Position numbers and translations under genes: made by a program
The notes under the pieces: model-generated
What the model saw: the letters and a program-made list of their open reading frames with translations, nothing else
Told to the model about the DNA's origin: nothing
The model's database searches: none
Assembly (NCBI GenBank): GCA_964019425.1
Contig: OZ025780.1
Coordinates: 682,001 to 746,000 of the forward strand
Origin: Flectonema sp. DT1601
Lineage: Eukaryota
DNA: 64,000 bases
Direction of reading: 5' to 3'
In this document: in pieces, positions 11,601 to 23,552 of the stretch
How positions within the stretch are numbered: the first letter of the stretch is position 1
How the letters are laid out: every line of letters begins with the position of its first letter

Positions 11601-14600
11601 GCACCGATAGCGTCAAAACATGATTTACAACATGACTTTAAGCCAGGCAATCACAGTGATACTCAAACAATACGAAAGATTCTGTTGGATTTCAAATACC
11701 TTCGTCTCCTATGTGGAGAGCTCTATCCTGAAACCATTGACCGACTCACCTTCCGTGCAGTTAGCCAACCACGACATGCTCGAGCTTCTCAAGTTCAAGG
11801 TACTCACAATATAATCCCCCGCGGAAATAGATTATTTATCTTAGTTCATGGTACACTTGTTAGTAAAACAACAGGTGTCAGTCATCATGCTCCTGGAGTC
11901 TTGGGAGAGAGCTGTCTTATTCCTCCCTCAAGACAAGATGAATACGTCGTAGAAACAGATTGTAAGATATTCGTTCTGGCTCCTCAACAAGTCCACGCAG
12001 TGCTACGCGATTGCCAAGAATTTCATTTGGCGTCAAAGAAAAGTGCTGTAAAGAGAATGATTGCTGAAAGTCACGGAACTGATCTACCGATTCCAAACTC
12101 AGCAATGAATTCCTTAGTCACTGAGTTATGTAATAGTGAAATAGTTCCAGATGGTACTAAACTACTTCAACAAGATGAAGCACCCGATCGACTAGTCGTA
12201 ATCACATATGGTCGTGTTGAAGGTGATAACAAACTAATACTAAAACCGGGTGACTATGTTGGTGTAAACCTTCTACAGAATACTTTAAGCAACGCGAGTG
12301 CATATGCTAAAGGTACAGTACATATTACCTATGCAAGTAGACTACAGCTACAGACAGCTTTAAGAAGTGATGCGGTTGGATCGACTACACCAGCGTTTGG
12401 ATTGCTCTCGAGTGATGGAACACCTCAAAGAGTGAATAGCTATAAGAGTACTCTTGATTATATTAAAACTCAAAACTTATCACCATCTGTTAGCAGTGGA
12501 AGACAAGTCACTGATCCGATTGGTGGTACTCCTCGACGTGATAGCATTGATCGTGAAAGACTATTCGCAGACAACACCAACACCAACTACAGTCAGTATT
12601 TAGAATTAGAAATCGCAAGTTCTCACAGCAACACTGATAGTAATTTAACAATGACTGGGGGTATTGGAGGAAGGGTATCACCTCCGGTACCAATGCCGTC
12701 AATACAAACCAGAAGACGGTCTTCAGGTGCGGGATTTGATAAAGAATATTACATTGATAATTTATTCTGTGTTGAAGAACCAATACTTGAACTCAGCGAC
12801 GAGGAAGAAGAAACGGATCTCATCAGCGAACCTGAAGACCCTCTGCGAGATCCAGCATGGCTATGGTCGAGATATCACTTGGTTAAGGGATTAAAGGTTT
12901 CATTGAAAACATTCTTATCTGACAACGCTATTGTTGAGACCACTGATGTTGCTAAAAATGTACTAATGGCTGAGTGGCTACAACTACTATCGTCATTCAT
13001 CGACTTAGGGCTGTACGATGATGAAGAACTTGATGATATTCTCCCCCTTCTCGCAGACTTACTTGACACAAACGAGGCTGAAATCAACGGAAGTTTTGGC
13101 AGATCAACAGGTCAGAAAAGTGTCATATCGAGCTATTCCTTCCCACATCCGTTGGGTAATTTACAAAACATAGAAATGACAAATGAACATCGATTTGATG
13201 AACCATTCAACATTCAAACATCAAGTAGAAGTAGATTGATGTCAGTGACTTCTGTAACTTGTTCACCAAGATCACTAAGTCATACGATATCAGCAATGAC
13301 ATTAAACCGTCCGAGTATGGCTGGATCACCTGGTAGGTCTTACAGTAATATTACTACTCAGGTCCAAAGTGACCTTCCGGAAATCTTACCAAGACAGGCT
13401 TCAGCAATCCATGATGAGGAATCTGCAGAAAAACTCAGCGAATCGATGAGGATCCAAGCAGTTGAAAATGCGATAGTAACGAGAACAAAGCTTGAGGTCT
13501 GTAGAATCTTTATGAAACTACTAACACAAGTTGATAATTCAGAACGACGAGGTACCGAGTCAGAATCTCCACAAGGTCCAATCGCATCCATCAGAAGCGC
13601 TGCTGGTGGAGCTGCAGCTATCAGACAATCAGTTGCTGCAAGTAATCGAAGAGGAAGTCTTAATCACTCAGACTCTGACTTAGTAACAAATCTTCAGGGG
13701 ATTCTACTACGAGTAATGAGATTTAAAGGATCCAGAGAGCTGTTCGTAACATCATTCAGACTTTATATTCTAATCAGCGCTAATCGTGAGAAGCTACCAG
13801 TGACTCATGTCATCCCACGTCGTAAACTCGTCAACCATCTCAAAGAAGAACTTGCTAAGGATGATGAAGACCTTTGCAGTAATACACTCTTAGTCAGACT
13901 TGTTGAACATTGTAAAACTTACAGCCACCACGGTCACAGCGATAGTGCTCTTACTCAAGGAGAAGAGAATGAAACAATCATTGCGGCTCTCGGATGTATC
14001 CGTGATGTTATTATTAATGATGATGGTTGCGGACTCACTCGAGAACTACGACAAACAAAACTAAATGGACTTGAAGCAATGCGAATAGTCATCAACACAG
14101 TCGACAGTAATAATTCAGGAGAAGCAGACGAAGAAGTCGTCAAAGTGGGACTCGAACTGGCGACAGCTCTTCTAGAAGGCGGAAATCAACGAGTTCAAGC
14201 ATGGCTCAGAGATTACTTCTTCAGTAGAAGAGATGAAACTCTTTTTGTAGTTCTACGAGATAGGATTACAAAGGCTATATATACGATTGACAAGGTGCTG
14301 GCAACTCCCAACCCACACGCTCATGAGTGTTTTCAAGGCCCACTTTTTCACATCGAAGAAACAATGAGATTTTTACAACTTTGTAGTGAAGGACATAACA
14401 CCGCATTACAAAATTACTTTAGAGTTCAAGAAGACAACGTCCAGTCTCACGACCTGGTTAGAGAAACATTAAAATTCTTAACATCACTGAACTCTATAGC
14501 ACGTGAGGATGTTGGTATGCTCATGCCTCCGTTTTGTCTCAAAGTTGCAATTCAAATTTGGAATACTCTAACTGAATTCTGTCAAGGACCAGTCTCAGCA

Positions 14601-17600
14601 AACCAATACACTCTGATAGAAGGTCTTATAGGGAGGGATGTCAACACTGTTTTTCAGATTAAAGGTGATGAAGTACTCGTGTCGAAAGTATTAAATGCGG
14701 CGACTGTGACGATGCTTTCTGTTGTTGAGGGTTGCACGACTCCTCATGCTCCGTTGTCTCTGAGGTATACTCTTGATTTGGATTTATTATTAAAGTGTTT
14801 GGTAGAGATTCCTCATGAGAATCGTGAGGATACTGAATTCGGTTACAACGTCTATCTTTTACTGTGTTTCTTAAGAGATTATGATATGTATGATTCGTCA
14901 GGTTTGAATGTCGCAGCTATGCTAGAATCAAAAGATGAATTGTCATTCTACCGGAATCGAACTGCGCAAGTTGAAATTCTACGTGAGGGATCAGGTCTTG
15001 AACGAGTTTATTTTAGAAAACCATCTGCTTGTTTGTGTTTACCAAATAGAACAAAGAAATATTTAATTGAAAACGTCCATAGAGAAACACATCAGTCAAG
15101 ACTGGTTGATTTCTTTGATAGGGTTGAGGAAACCGCTTTTGAACTTCGGATTATCAGTAGGACTGAAAAAAATAATAAAATATCATCGAGAACGAGAGTG
15201 AACATTCATCTTCGATCAATAAAAATTCAATCAATCGGTCACTGTTTAGTCCTGCTTTGTAATATTTTATTGTTATTTGTCTCTACGCCTGGTTACGCAA
15301 ACACACTTCCACTAACTGTTTTTCATGAGGGATCCTCATCATTTGTAACTTTTGGTTCCAATGTTCAGATCCCAAGATATTTAAGTTTTGTTATAAGCGG
15401 ATGTATTTATGCTTTGATTGTGATTTTTTTTTGTGGGGTTTTGGAATTTGTTTGGTTTGAAGGTCCCGTCTTAGTATTCATGCGTGATAGAGAACGAAGA
15501 AGGAAGAGTGGTAAGTATTCAGTAGCGGCATACCTAAACCCAGAACATCCTTATAGGTTGGAAGATCCTAACTGGTCATTTGGAAACACCGTATCAGTTT
15601 CTCATGTTGTTACAAAGTGCGTTTGGGAACCTCGATTCTTGCGACTGGTGTTAGGAATCGTTGCGTGTCTACTCGCGATCACAATAAGTCCATTCTTCGC
15701 ATCGACGTTGTTGATTCCATTGATTGCTGAATCATCTGTCATCCGACATGTCGCATCTGCTGTAACTAGAAATGGAAAATCTCTCATTCTAACGATGCTT
15801 TTAGGAATAATACTGATGTATTTATTCGCGGTCGTTGGATTTGTTTTGTTTAGAGATATGTTCATTCAAGGTGATGAGAATCACTGCAGTACTATGCTAC
15901 GATGTTTTATATTCACAGTGACATCTGGATTGAGAGCTGGTGGTGGGATCGGTGAACTTATTCAAAATCCAACCTGGGGATCAGAACTACACGCGATACG
16001 TGTAGTCTACGACATGTCTTTTTACATTTTAGTGACCGTTATATTTATGAATATAGTTTTTGGTATCATTGTCGATACTTTTGGAGAACTTCGTCAAAAA
16101 AGAGAAGGTCGAGAACAAGAGATGAGGACTCACTGTTTTATATGTAACGTCGCATCATCTGAATTTGATAAACGAGCAGATGGATTTTCGAACCATGTTA
16201 GTCGAGATCATAACATGTGGAACTACATGTTCTTTGTTTTTTATATTGCCAACAAACCACGTGATGATTTGACAGGACAGGAGTCTTTTGTCTACAACTG
16301 TTTGGTACAAAATGATTTAAGATTTATACCAGTGAACACTTCTTTAGCATTGACACAGGACCATCTTCCTGGTGTTATTGACAGCAAGGGTAAAGACTAT
16401 GATGCAACGGATTTAAGCAGAGACGATTTCGAATTGTTGGGAAACAGGATTGAGAATTTGGAAAGTAAAGTCGCATCACAATATTCCATAATAGAAGGTC
16501 ATTTGGATCAAATTTCAAGGGGAATGAAAAAACGAGGAGAAGAACTTTGGAAAAGCGCTCGTGATAAAATAGCTGGGAGGGACGTTGCCGATCTCCTCCG
16601 AAAGGCAACCAGAAAATCACTGCTTCGAAAGGATACTTTAAAAATGGGTGCCATAAAAGCTCTTAAATCAGCGGCATCGAATCCACAAGTGTTTCCTGCA
16701 ACTCCGAAGCCTCCGATACCTTTCAAGGATAAGCAAAGTCCTCCGGTTGCTCCTCAACAGTCTCCACAAAGTGATGCGTTTCCATTTCCTCGTGCAAACA
16801 CGGAACAGTTATTTGATGATATGACTAACAGAAGAGGTTCTTATGAGGTTTCAGTTTCTCCTCCCAGACCTCTTCCACTGGATTTGCATTCGTTGTCCCC
16901 GACAGATAATGGCCATGGGGTATGTCTTGGTTTATTTCGTTTTTTTTTCTTACCTTAACATCCATGAAAAAAAATAATAAAATAACAATAAATAGGGTTT
17001 CCCACCACGCATGAACACTACTGGAAGTGTTGGTTCCCCAACGTTGTTAGATGCAGCTTGGGTTGGAGCTAACCCATCGTTTGCTGGGTGTGTACTTGAC
17101 CCTTTTTGTTAGTTTTTTGTAACCCTTTACATCGTTTTGATGAGGGCCTCATTCACAGCAGGTCGTATCTGTGTGTTGTGTTGGTAGAATGTTGTCAACA
17201 ATTACTTCAACTCAGGTATGATGACGTCGAATCACTAGAAAGCACTGGTACGTTTGTTTTTCAATCCTCTCCTCTGAGTTATGCGTGCATCGTATTGGCT
17301 GCAGCAGTAGCAGCCAACAAATCCGATAAAATGATGTCTGCACCAGATACGATTAAGACACTACCGATTGGTCGATCAACCAATTCGTTATTTTCAATAA
17401 TTCCAGAAGTTGTAGTGCAATCACCGACAGCTCAAGTATGTACTGCTAAGTGTTAGCAATATGTTTTTTTTTTTTTTTTTTTTTTTTTTGTAAATTTAAT
17501 TACAAAAAAATTCACAACAGAACACACCAGAGAACGTTGGTCTCGATCTTGGAGAGGCTGTCTGGCCGCTTGACGTTGAAAGTCTTCCTATCAAACCTAA

Positions 17601-18714
17601 AGACAATAGTGATAATAAAACTACTGTGGGACTGTTTCCTAATAGTGCTGAAGTTAAAAAACGAGCTCGTGAAGATGCGATGGCTGAAAGAGTTAGACAA
17701 CTAGCAGCCTTAGAAGACGATAGTCAAAAACAAAAGAAAGAATTCGCAGGCATCGTTGGGGACTTGCAAAGCCTTAGAACTCAGAGAAAAACACTACCAC
17801 AACCAGCAACCTCCCCAATAACAGTTACGGAAGTAACTCCCGCACCGGTAGTACGCCCAGTGTTACCGCCGTTAGAGGCAGTGGTGGAGAGAGAGAAACC
17901 AAAAGAAAAACCAAAAACGTTACCACCAGCATTGGTAAAACACTCTTCTGGGAAGTATTCCAGAAAAATAACTTCTTTTTCAGGAAAAACGGAAGAATTT
18001 GGTGACGACTTACGCCTCTCACCTGACCAAGGCCTCAGCAGTTTTTCAGATAGAAATCCCAGCATGTCTTCTAGAAAGTCATCTGGTAAGTTTTCAAGAT
18101 CGTTCTCAGACAGGACCCTAAAAGATAGCAGGCAGAGTTCATTTTCTGAAGGTGGAGGAGGATACACTGCAAGACTTGCTTCTCTTGATAGTGTTATCGA
18201 TGCTAAGGTTAGTTCAGTAAATACTGATAAAAGTTTAGAAGTCAGATTTCAATCAGACAGAGATCTATTAAGAGCTATGAGACTCCCATCAGTCACTGAA
18301 AGTGATATCGAACCCCTCAACATTAGGGCATTCACTGATCAGTATCAAGAACTTATCCGAACACCAAGCTCTGCAACGGATTCTCCCCGATCAGCAGGTT
18401 TGCGATATAAGCAAGGCAACTGGGGTAGTTGGCAATCTCGAGAATGCACGTCTCCTGATTTGAATAAAACTCACATCTCACAGTGGTACTCCAGCGATTC
18501 AGATGAAGGACCAGCTGTCCCTATTAAAAAACGTGTTAGTAGACGAGACCCTGCAAATGATTTGTGGTTAGCAACTGGCATAATATCAAATCACCGAAAA
18601 GCATCTGTTGAACATTTCCCTAATGAAGAAGGCATGATCGATGACGGATTAGATAAGGTTTTAAAAAGAGTTATTCAAAGGAGGAAAAAAAAACTATCAC
18701 ACACGATTTCTTAA
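8664..18714 (+). CDS. IP3-receptor/ryanodine-receptor family Ca2+ release channel with inserted tandem cNMP-binding-like domains and a multi-exon C-terminal tail
   Basis: MIR repeats (GQTVRLKH, GDQVIFQHLESG, GGVVALHHVES, YLLRHLESDSYL); RIH-associated 'RFLQLCSEGHNTALQNYFRVQ..TLTEFCQGP'; pore 'GLRAGGGIGE'; 'NIVFGIIVDTFGELR'; C2H2 'CFICN..H..DHNMWNY'. Main exon is 8664-16919. Introns 16920-16995, 17088-17158 and 17436-17520 link in frame to the last exon 17521-18714. Extra in-frame introns at 17165-17215 and 17248-17304 are possible. Confidence 0.88.
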
Positions 18715-19836
18715 GACCGGTAGTATAGTTTTATTTTCACTGTATCTGTAAAAAAAAGATGTTAATCACAAAAAGGTAAACCTTTATTTATCCCTCCTCT
18801 TCCTCTTCCTCGATATCAATTGTTGGTCTTTTTTACATGGCAACAAGATGGTCTTCATATTTTTGTTTATGTAATTGGATGTGTCTGTAGACGAAAAGAG
18901 TTTTTTTATTATTTATAAAAACACAACTGGTGTACCAAACAAAACAAAACTCACAAAGAATCCCCCGAATGACATAAAAATCTCCACTCCAGTCATTTTA
19001 TATTTCCGTCGAGTGTTTTTTTCTTATTTAGTAACAAAATCGTTCAAAAATAAAAAAGAATTTCGAATGGATAAAAGATTTCCATGAGTTTAAATCTTTT
19101 TTTTTTCTCAATGACTGGACGGGAAGGGAACTCTCTTTTGTTAAAAATAATAATTAACGATGAAATTTTGTTACTATCTTTTAGTACGGAAGGAATAAGT
19201 TTATGTTTAATCACCATTGCCAGCATTCAATTTTTTGTCGGAGTGTAGACGCTATTATAAAAAATGTATCCATCATTTTTAATACAACGTCATGGTTTTT
19301 TTTTTTTTTTTTTTTTTGATTAAAATATGTAGCCAAAAAACGTGTTTGTACAATTTTAAAAAACAAATTAAGGAAGGAAAGAAAAAAAAAAAAAAAAAAA
19401 AAAATTGAAAAGGGGAGGTAATACTGGCAATACTACCACTAAATCTGGACAACTATTTATTTGGTTAACGAAGTCAGGGAACTGGAAAGATAAAAGAAAG
19501 TTGTGTTCAAATAATATTCAGGTTCAAGATCAAACATTGATGACAACGTAATAACATTAGAATGTCCTGTCTAACTAACCATATCTCAAAGAGAAAAGGA
19601 GTGAACAACAACAAATGAAATTAAAAAAAACACACGAAGAGAGAAATGAAATCACAAATCATTCAGATTAACACGCCTTTTATTTAGATATAAATCTCAT
19701 CGCATGGGGGATCTTTGACCATAAGAATGGCTTTCAATCTGAATACATTCTTCAACTACTACGACCATATATTGGTACGAAAAAAAATTAAAAAATAGGA
19801 AAATAAAAAAATAAAAAAATAAAAAAAAACGATCAT

Positions 19837-20139
19837 TTAACCGCAGAGGAGATCTCTGGCTACTTCAGAATTTTGAATAAAAAGAGAACGATTTTTTTCT
19901 GACACCTGAAGTGACTGCAGAGCATCACATTCAAGGAACAGACTATTCCCCATATGTTCGACGTTGCTAAGACCTGTTAAGTTTAGGTCTCTTATTGAGG
20001 TGCAGCAACTGAGAAATGCATTTCCGATAGTTGTAAAACTACCCAAGCCTGTCACATCAATTGCGGTAATGGAGCTGCAATGACATAGGAATTCATCTCC
20101 AATCACTACTACACTGCTTGGATTTGGTTGGATCTTAAT
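19837..20139 (-). pseudogene. BspA-type (LRR_5) leucine-rich repeat fragment; 5'-truncated or an orphan last exon
   Basis: Three repeats of the 'IG..FL..C.S(I/L)..(I/L)DL.GL' type; no ATG, with an in-frame TAA just upstream of 20139. Confidence 0.6.
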
Positions 20140-20499
20140 TTAGTTTTTCAATCAATTTTTCTCAAGTTACTTTTCGTATTTAATTACAAATATTCAAATT
20201 ACTTCCCCTGCAATGGCCAATATAATTTTTTTTTTTTTTTTTTGTTAAATAAATACTAATTGTTAACTCTTGACAAAAGTAATTAATAAGTGAAACCTAT
20301 TATACTCTGGCGTACAACGAAAGTCAATTTATTCGTGACTAACAACGGAAAGAAAAAAAAAAAGACACTTTTTGTATAGCTATTACTGTAGAGATGTTTT
20401 ATATCATTATAGGTAATATTATTTTTTTTTTTTTCCCATCCTATGCGATACCGATCCCATGTCTGTAATTTATAATAAAAAATATCCCCTCCTCTTTTC

Positions 20500-20588
20500 A
20501 TTGCAACCAGGTTTGGCCAAATCCAAAATTCGTTTTAGCCAGTTTCAAGTTGCTTTATATTTAATCATCAGTATCAAGTTATCCCCTT
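20500..20588 (+). repeat. Conserved non-coding block upstream of tandem paralog 1
   Basis: ATTGCAACCAGGTTTGGCC...TCGTTTTAGCCAGTT.CAAGTTGCTTT..ATTTAAT...AGTATCAAGTTA matches 23158-23248. Confidence 0.85.
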
Positions 20589-21284
20589 CACATTTTTGCG
20601 TATTATGATACTTTCAACCAAGCACTTATACATGGAAATACTGATTTCTTTTCTTAATAAAGAACGTTTTCTCAACCTGTCTCATCGTCATTTCGACGTG
20701 TGAAATCTAACTGTTTATGTGTTCTCTCTTTTGGTCGTTTGATTATTATTATTATTTTTTTTTTCCCGTTCGTTCTCTTCAGACATAAACACTTCTGAAC
20801 TTGAGCAAACAAGAAAGAAAAAAAAAAAAAAAATCAAAATCAAAATTAATAACCAACGCCTGCAAGCAACAAAAAATAAAATAAAATATTATGTTACAAA
20901 GCCTGGTTGGACACAGCAAAAAAAAAAAAAAAAGTGAAAAGGAGAAGTTGGCCGATCGTCATTTTTTTCTTTATTATTATTCCCTTTCTTTTTAAAAAAA
21001 AAAAAAACATCCGACATATCTGGTGTGATGTATTTAATGAATGAAGCACTTTAGGGTTTTCTCTCTCTCCCCTTTCTTTTTTTTTTTTTTTTTGTATTCT
21101 TATATCGGTATTACATATTAGAGTCTTGTAATGAGATTCTGATCTTTTTTTTGTTTTTGAAAAAACTCAATATTTGCGCTTCGAATATTTAACACAAAAT
21201 TTTAGCTGTGTTGATTTACATGCAAATCGTATGTGTACTTTGTTGGTTTATTTTTATGTCATTAGAATTTTTTTTTAAATTTAC

Positions 21285-21317
<33 letters not shown>

Positions 21318-21833
21318 TTAATTTACATTTTGAACTACTATAAAGTAGACAAAAAACTCCTTCGAGACCAATCTTGGAAATAACAAAAGTCTCCAGTTCC
21401 CTCGGATCTTCCCTATTGCTGTACGACGAGACAACGATCACTGTCTAAAGAAGAGAAAAATCATTTTTCACATTTTTTTTAAAAAAAATGTTCTAAAAGA
21501 CGAAGAGCGAAGTTTCAATTTTGTTTTCCTGAAAAAAAAAAAAAACGAATGTAGAAGTATAGAATTATTGTTCGTTTCTGTTATGTGTTTCAGTTTCTGT
21601 TTTTTCTTTGTCGGAAAGGAGGAAAAAAAATTGATCTGATGCCGCTGCCCTTTGCCTTAGTATCTCAACTATGTCGTGGTCATATTTTTTTTTTTTTTGT
21701 TCAATTTTTTCGGTTTTAAAAACCAAAACCGTATCTACTACGGATATGACATTCTCGAAGAGAGAAAGTTATTTCGTATCTTTTTTTGTATTTAACTTTA
21801 TTCATTCACAGTTAATAAAAAAAACAAAAAAAA

Positions 21834-22718
21834 ATGACAAGATTCTCTCTCGTAGTTTTACTAACCATGCTGGTGTCTGTCAGCGCTGATGTACGTGACT
21901 GGACTGTGAACCGGAATGTGACTCGTGGAGGAAGTACTTCTTATACTTTGGATGTAGCATACCTGATCTCTGTTAACAGTGTGAAGCTGTACGTTAATTA
22001 CGCGAATTCAACGAGCTGTACTAAGAACTTCAACTTTCAGGGACGGGCAATGCAGCGATCATGTGTTGGCAATTCTTGCACTTTCTCTTCCGACGTTGGC
22101 ACAATAAACCCGCTGTTGGCCTTTAGCAATGCGGGAACTTGTGTTGCCAATGTTAAAACAGGCTCTGTTTGGTTTTCTACGTATTCCACTTATGATTTCC
22201 CTGATCAAGTTACTCTATCAACGGGAAGCAATCACTACTACGACTACCCAGCCTCCTTACTTGTGGATTATATTTTTGAGTTCAGAGTAACGTTGCAGTC
22301 GTCTTGTGCTCTCAATCCTCAAATTCAGTTGATCGGTGATCACTCGAAATTTACGATTGCTTGTACTGCCACCACCTGCACTATTGGATTTAACAGAAAT
22401 ATTGTTGCCCGCACTAAGCCTAAGAGAAAGAATTCTATCCAGGTTAGAAATAACGGTCATTGCGCTGTCACACTCACAAACCCTTCAATGATTTATGCTG
22501 TTGATCTTAGTAAGGTTTTGGCTGCCCTTGCTGCTTGGGCTATTGCTCTTATCGTTGTCGGTGCACTGTGTTGCGCATTCTGTGTTGTTCTTGGGCTGTG
22601 TTTTCGTAGAAGAAGAATGACAACTTCCACTGTTATTATACAAGATCAATATCCTATCGTACAAGCTGCGCAGCCACAATACGGTGGTCAGCAATCACGG
22701 TACGTTCAACATCAGTAA
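21834..22718 (+). CDS. Type I membrane protein, tandem paralog 1 (signal peptide, Cys-containing beta-rich ectodomain, TM, Cys/Arg stop-transfer, Q/Y/P tail)
   Basis: MTRFSLVVLLTMLVSVSA signal peptide; TM 'LAALAAWAIALIVVGALCCAFCVVLGLCF' followed by RRRR; clearly paralogous to 23553-24500. Confidence 0.85.
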   Translation: MTRFSLVVLLTMLVSVSADVRDWTVNRNVTRGGSTSYTLDVAYLISVNSVKLYVNYANSTSCTKNFNFQGRAMQRSCVGNSCTFSSDVGTINPLLAFSNAGTCVANVKTGSVWFSTYSTYDFPDQVTLSTGSNHYYDYPASLLVDYIFEFRVTLQSSCALNPQIQLIGDHSKFTIACTATTCTIGFNRNIVARTKPKRKNSIQVRNNGHCAVTLTNPSMIYAVDLSKVLAALAAWAIALIVVGALCCAFCVVLGLCFRRRRMTTSTVIIQDQYPIVQAAQPQYGGQQSRYVQHQ

Positions 22719-23157
22719 TATAGTTATCACAGCGTTTCATTATCATTGAGGGTAAATTCGGTCTCACTTATACTTATACTTTATTTTAATTAAAGGATTA
22801 CCAACCGTCATTTTTGAATGAACACATTTTAATTGACTTGAATTGACTTTTTTGCATTGCGAAATAAAAGCTGATGAGCGAAGTTTTTCTTTATTCTTAC
22901 TACTACAGCTCAGATCAAGTCTGTTTTGATTAATTCTATATTTTTTTAATTTATTTTCTTTATACACTTAGACCATTCATTTTGTGTATGCAAATATAAC
23001 CTGAATGTGCGGCAGCCTGCGGCAGCCACGCAGACTCGGTATCCGTTTTCTTTTTCTCCCTCCCTCCCTGTAACGGGCTACAGGGAATGGGTCGCTCAAC
23101 CTGTAGTACGTGGGCCCCGAGTTCCCATATTCGATACAAAATTGTTGATTTTCTTAT

Positions 23158-23248
23158 ATTGCAACCAGGTTTGGCCGAACCCTAACTTCTCGTTTTAGCC
23201 AGTTCCAAGTTGCTTTCCATTTAATATTAGTATCAAGTTACCTCCCTT
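23158..23248 (+). repeat. Conserved non-coding block upstream of tandem paralog 2
   Basis: Matches 20500-20588. Confidence 0.85.
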
Positions 23249-23552
23249 GCGTTTTTTTGTCTCCCTCCATTCCGGTTGCGTACAAACAAAAAAACAGATT
23301 TATTGAACTTTAAGGAAATGACGGTGGAAGAGCTACTTCCTTCTTTGATTTCTCAATAACGATTTCCAAGAAACTACTGATTCTTGTTTTCAGTATTCTA
23401 TGAATCGATGCCTTTGAAGAAATGAGGAATTTCTGATTGTCAGTTTTTCTCATCTGCTTCAGGTACGACATTCTCGAAGAGAGAAAGTTATTTCGTATCT
23501 TTTTTTGTATTTAACTTTATTCATTCACAGTTAATAAAAAAAACAAAAAAAA

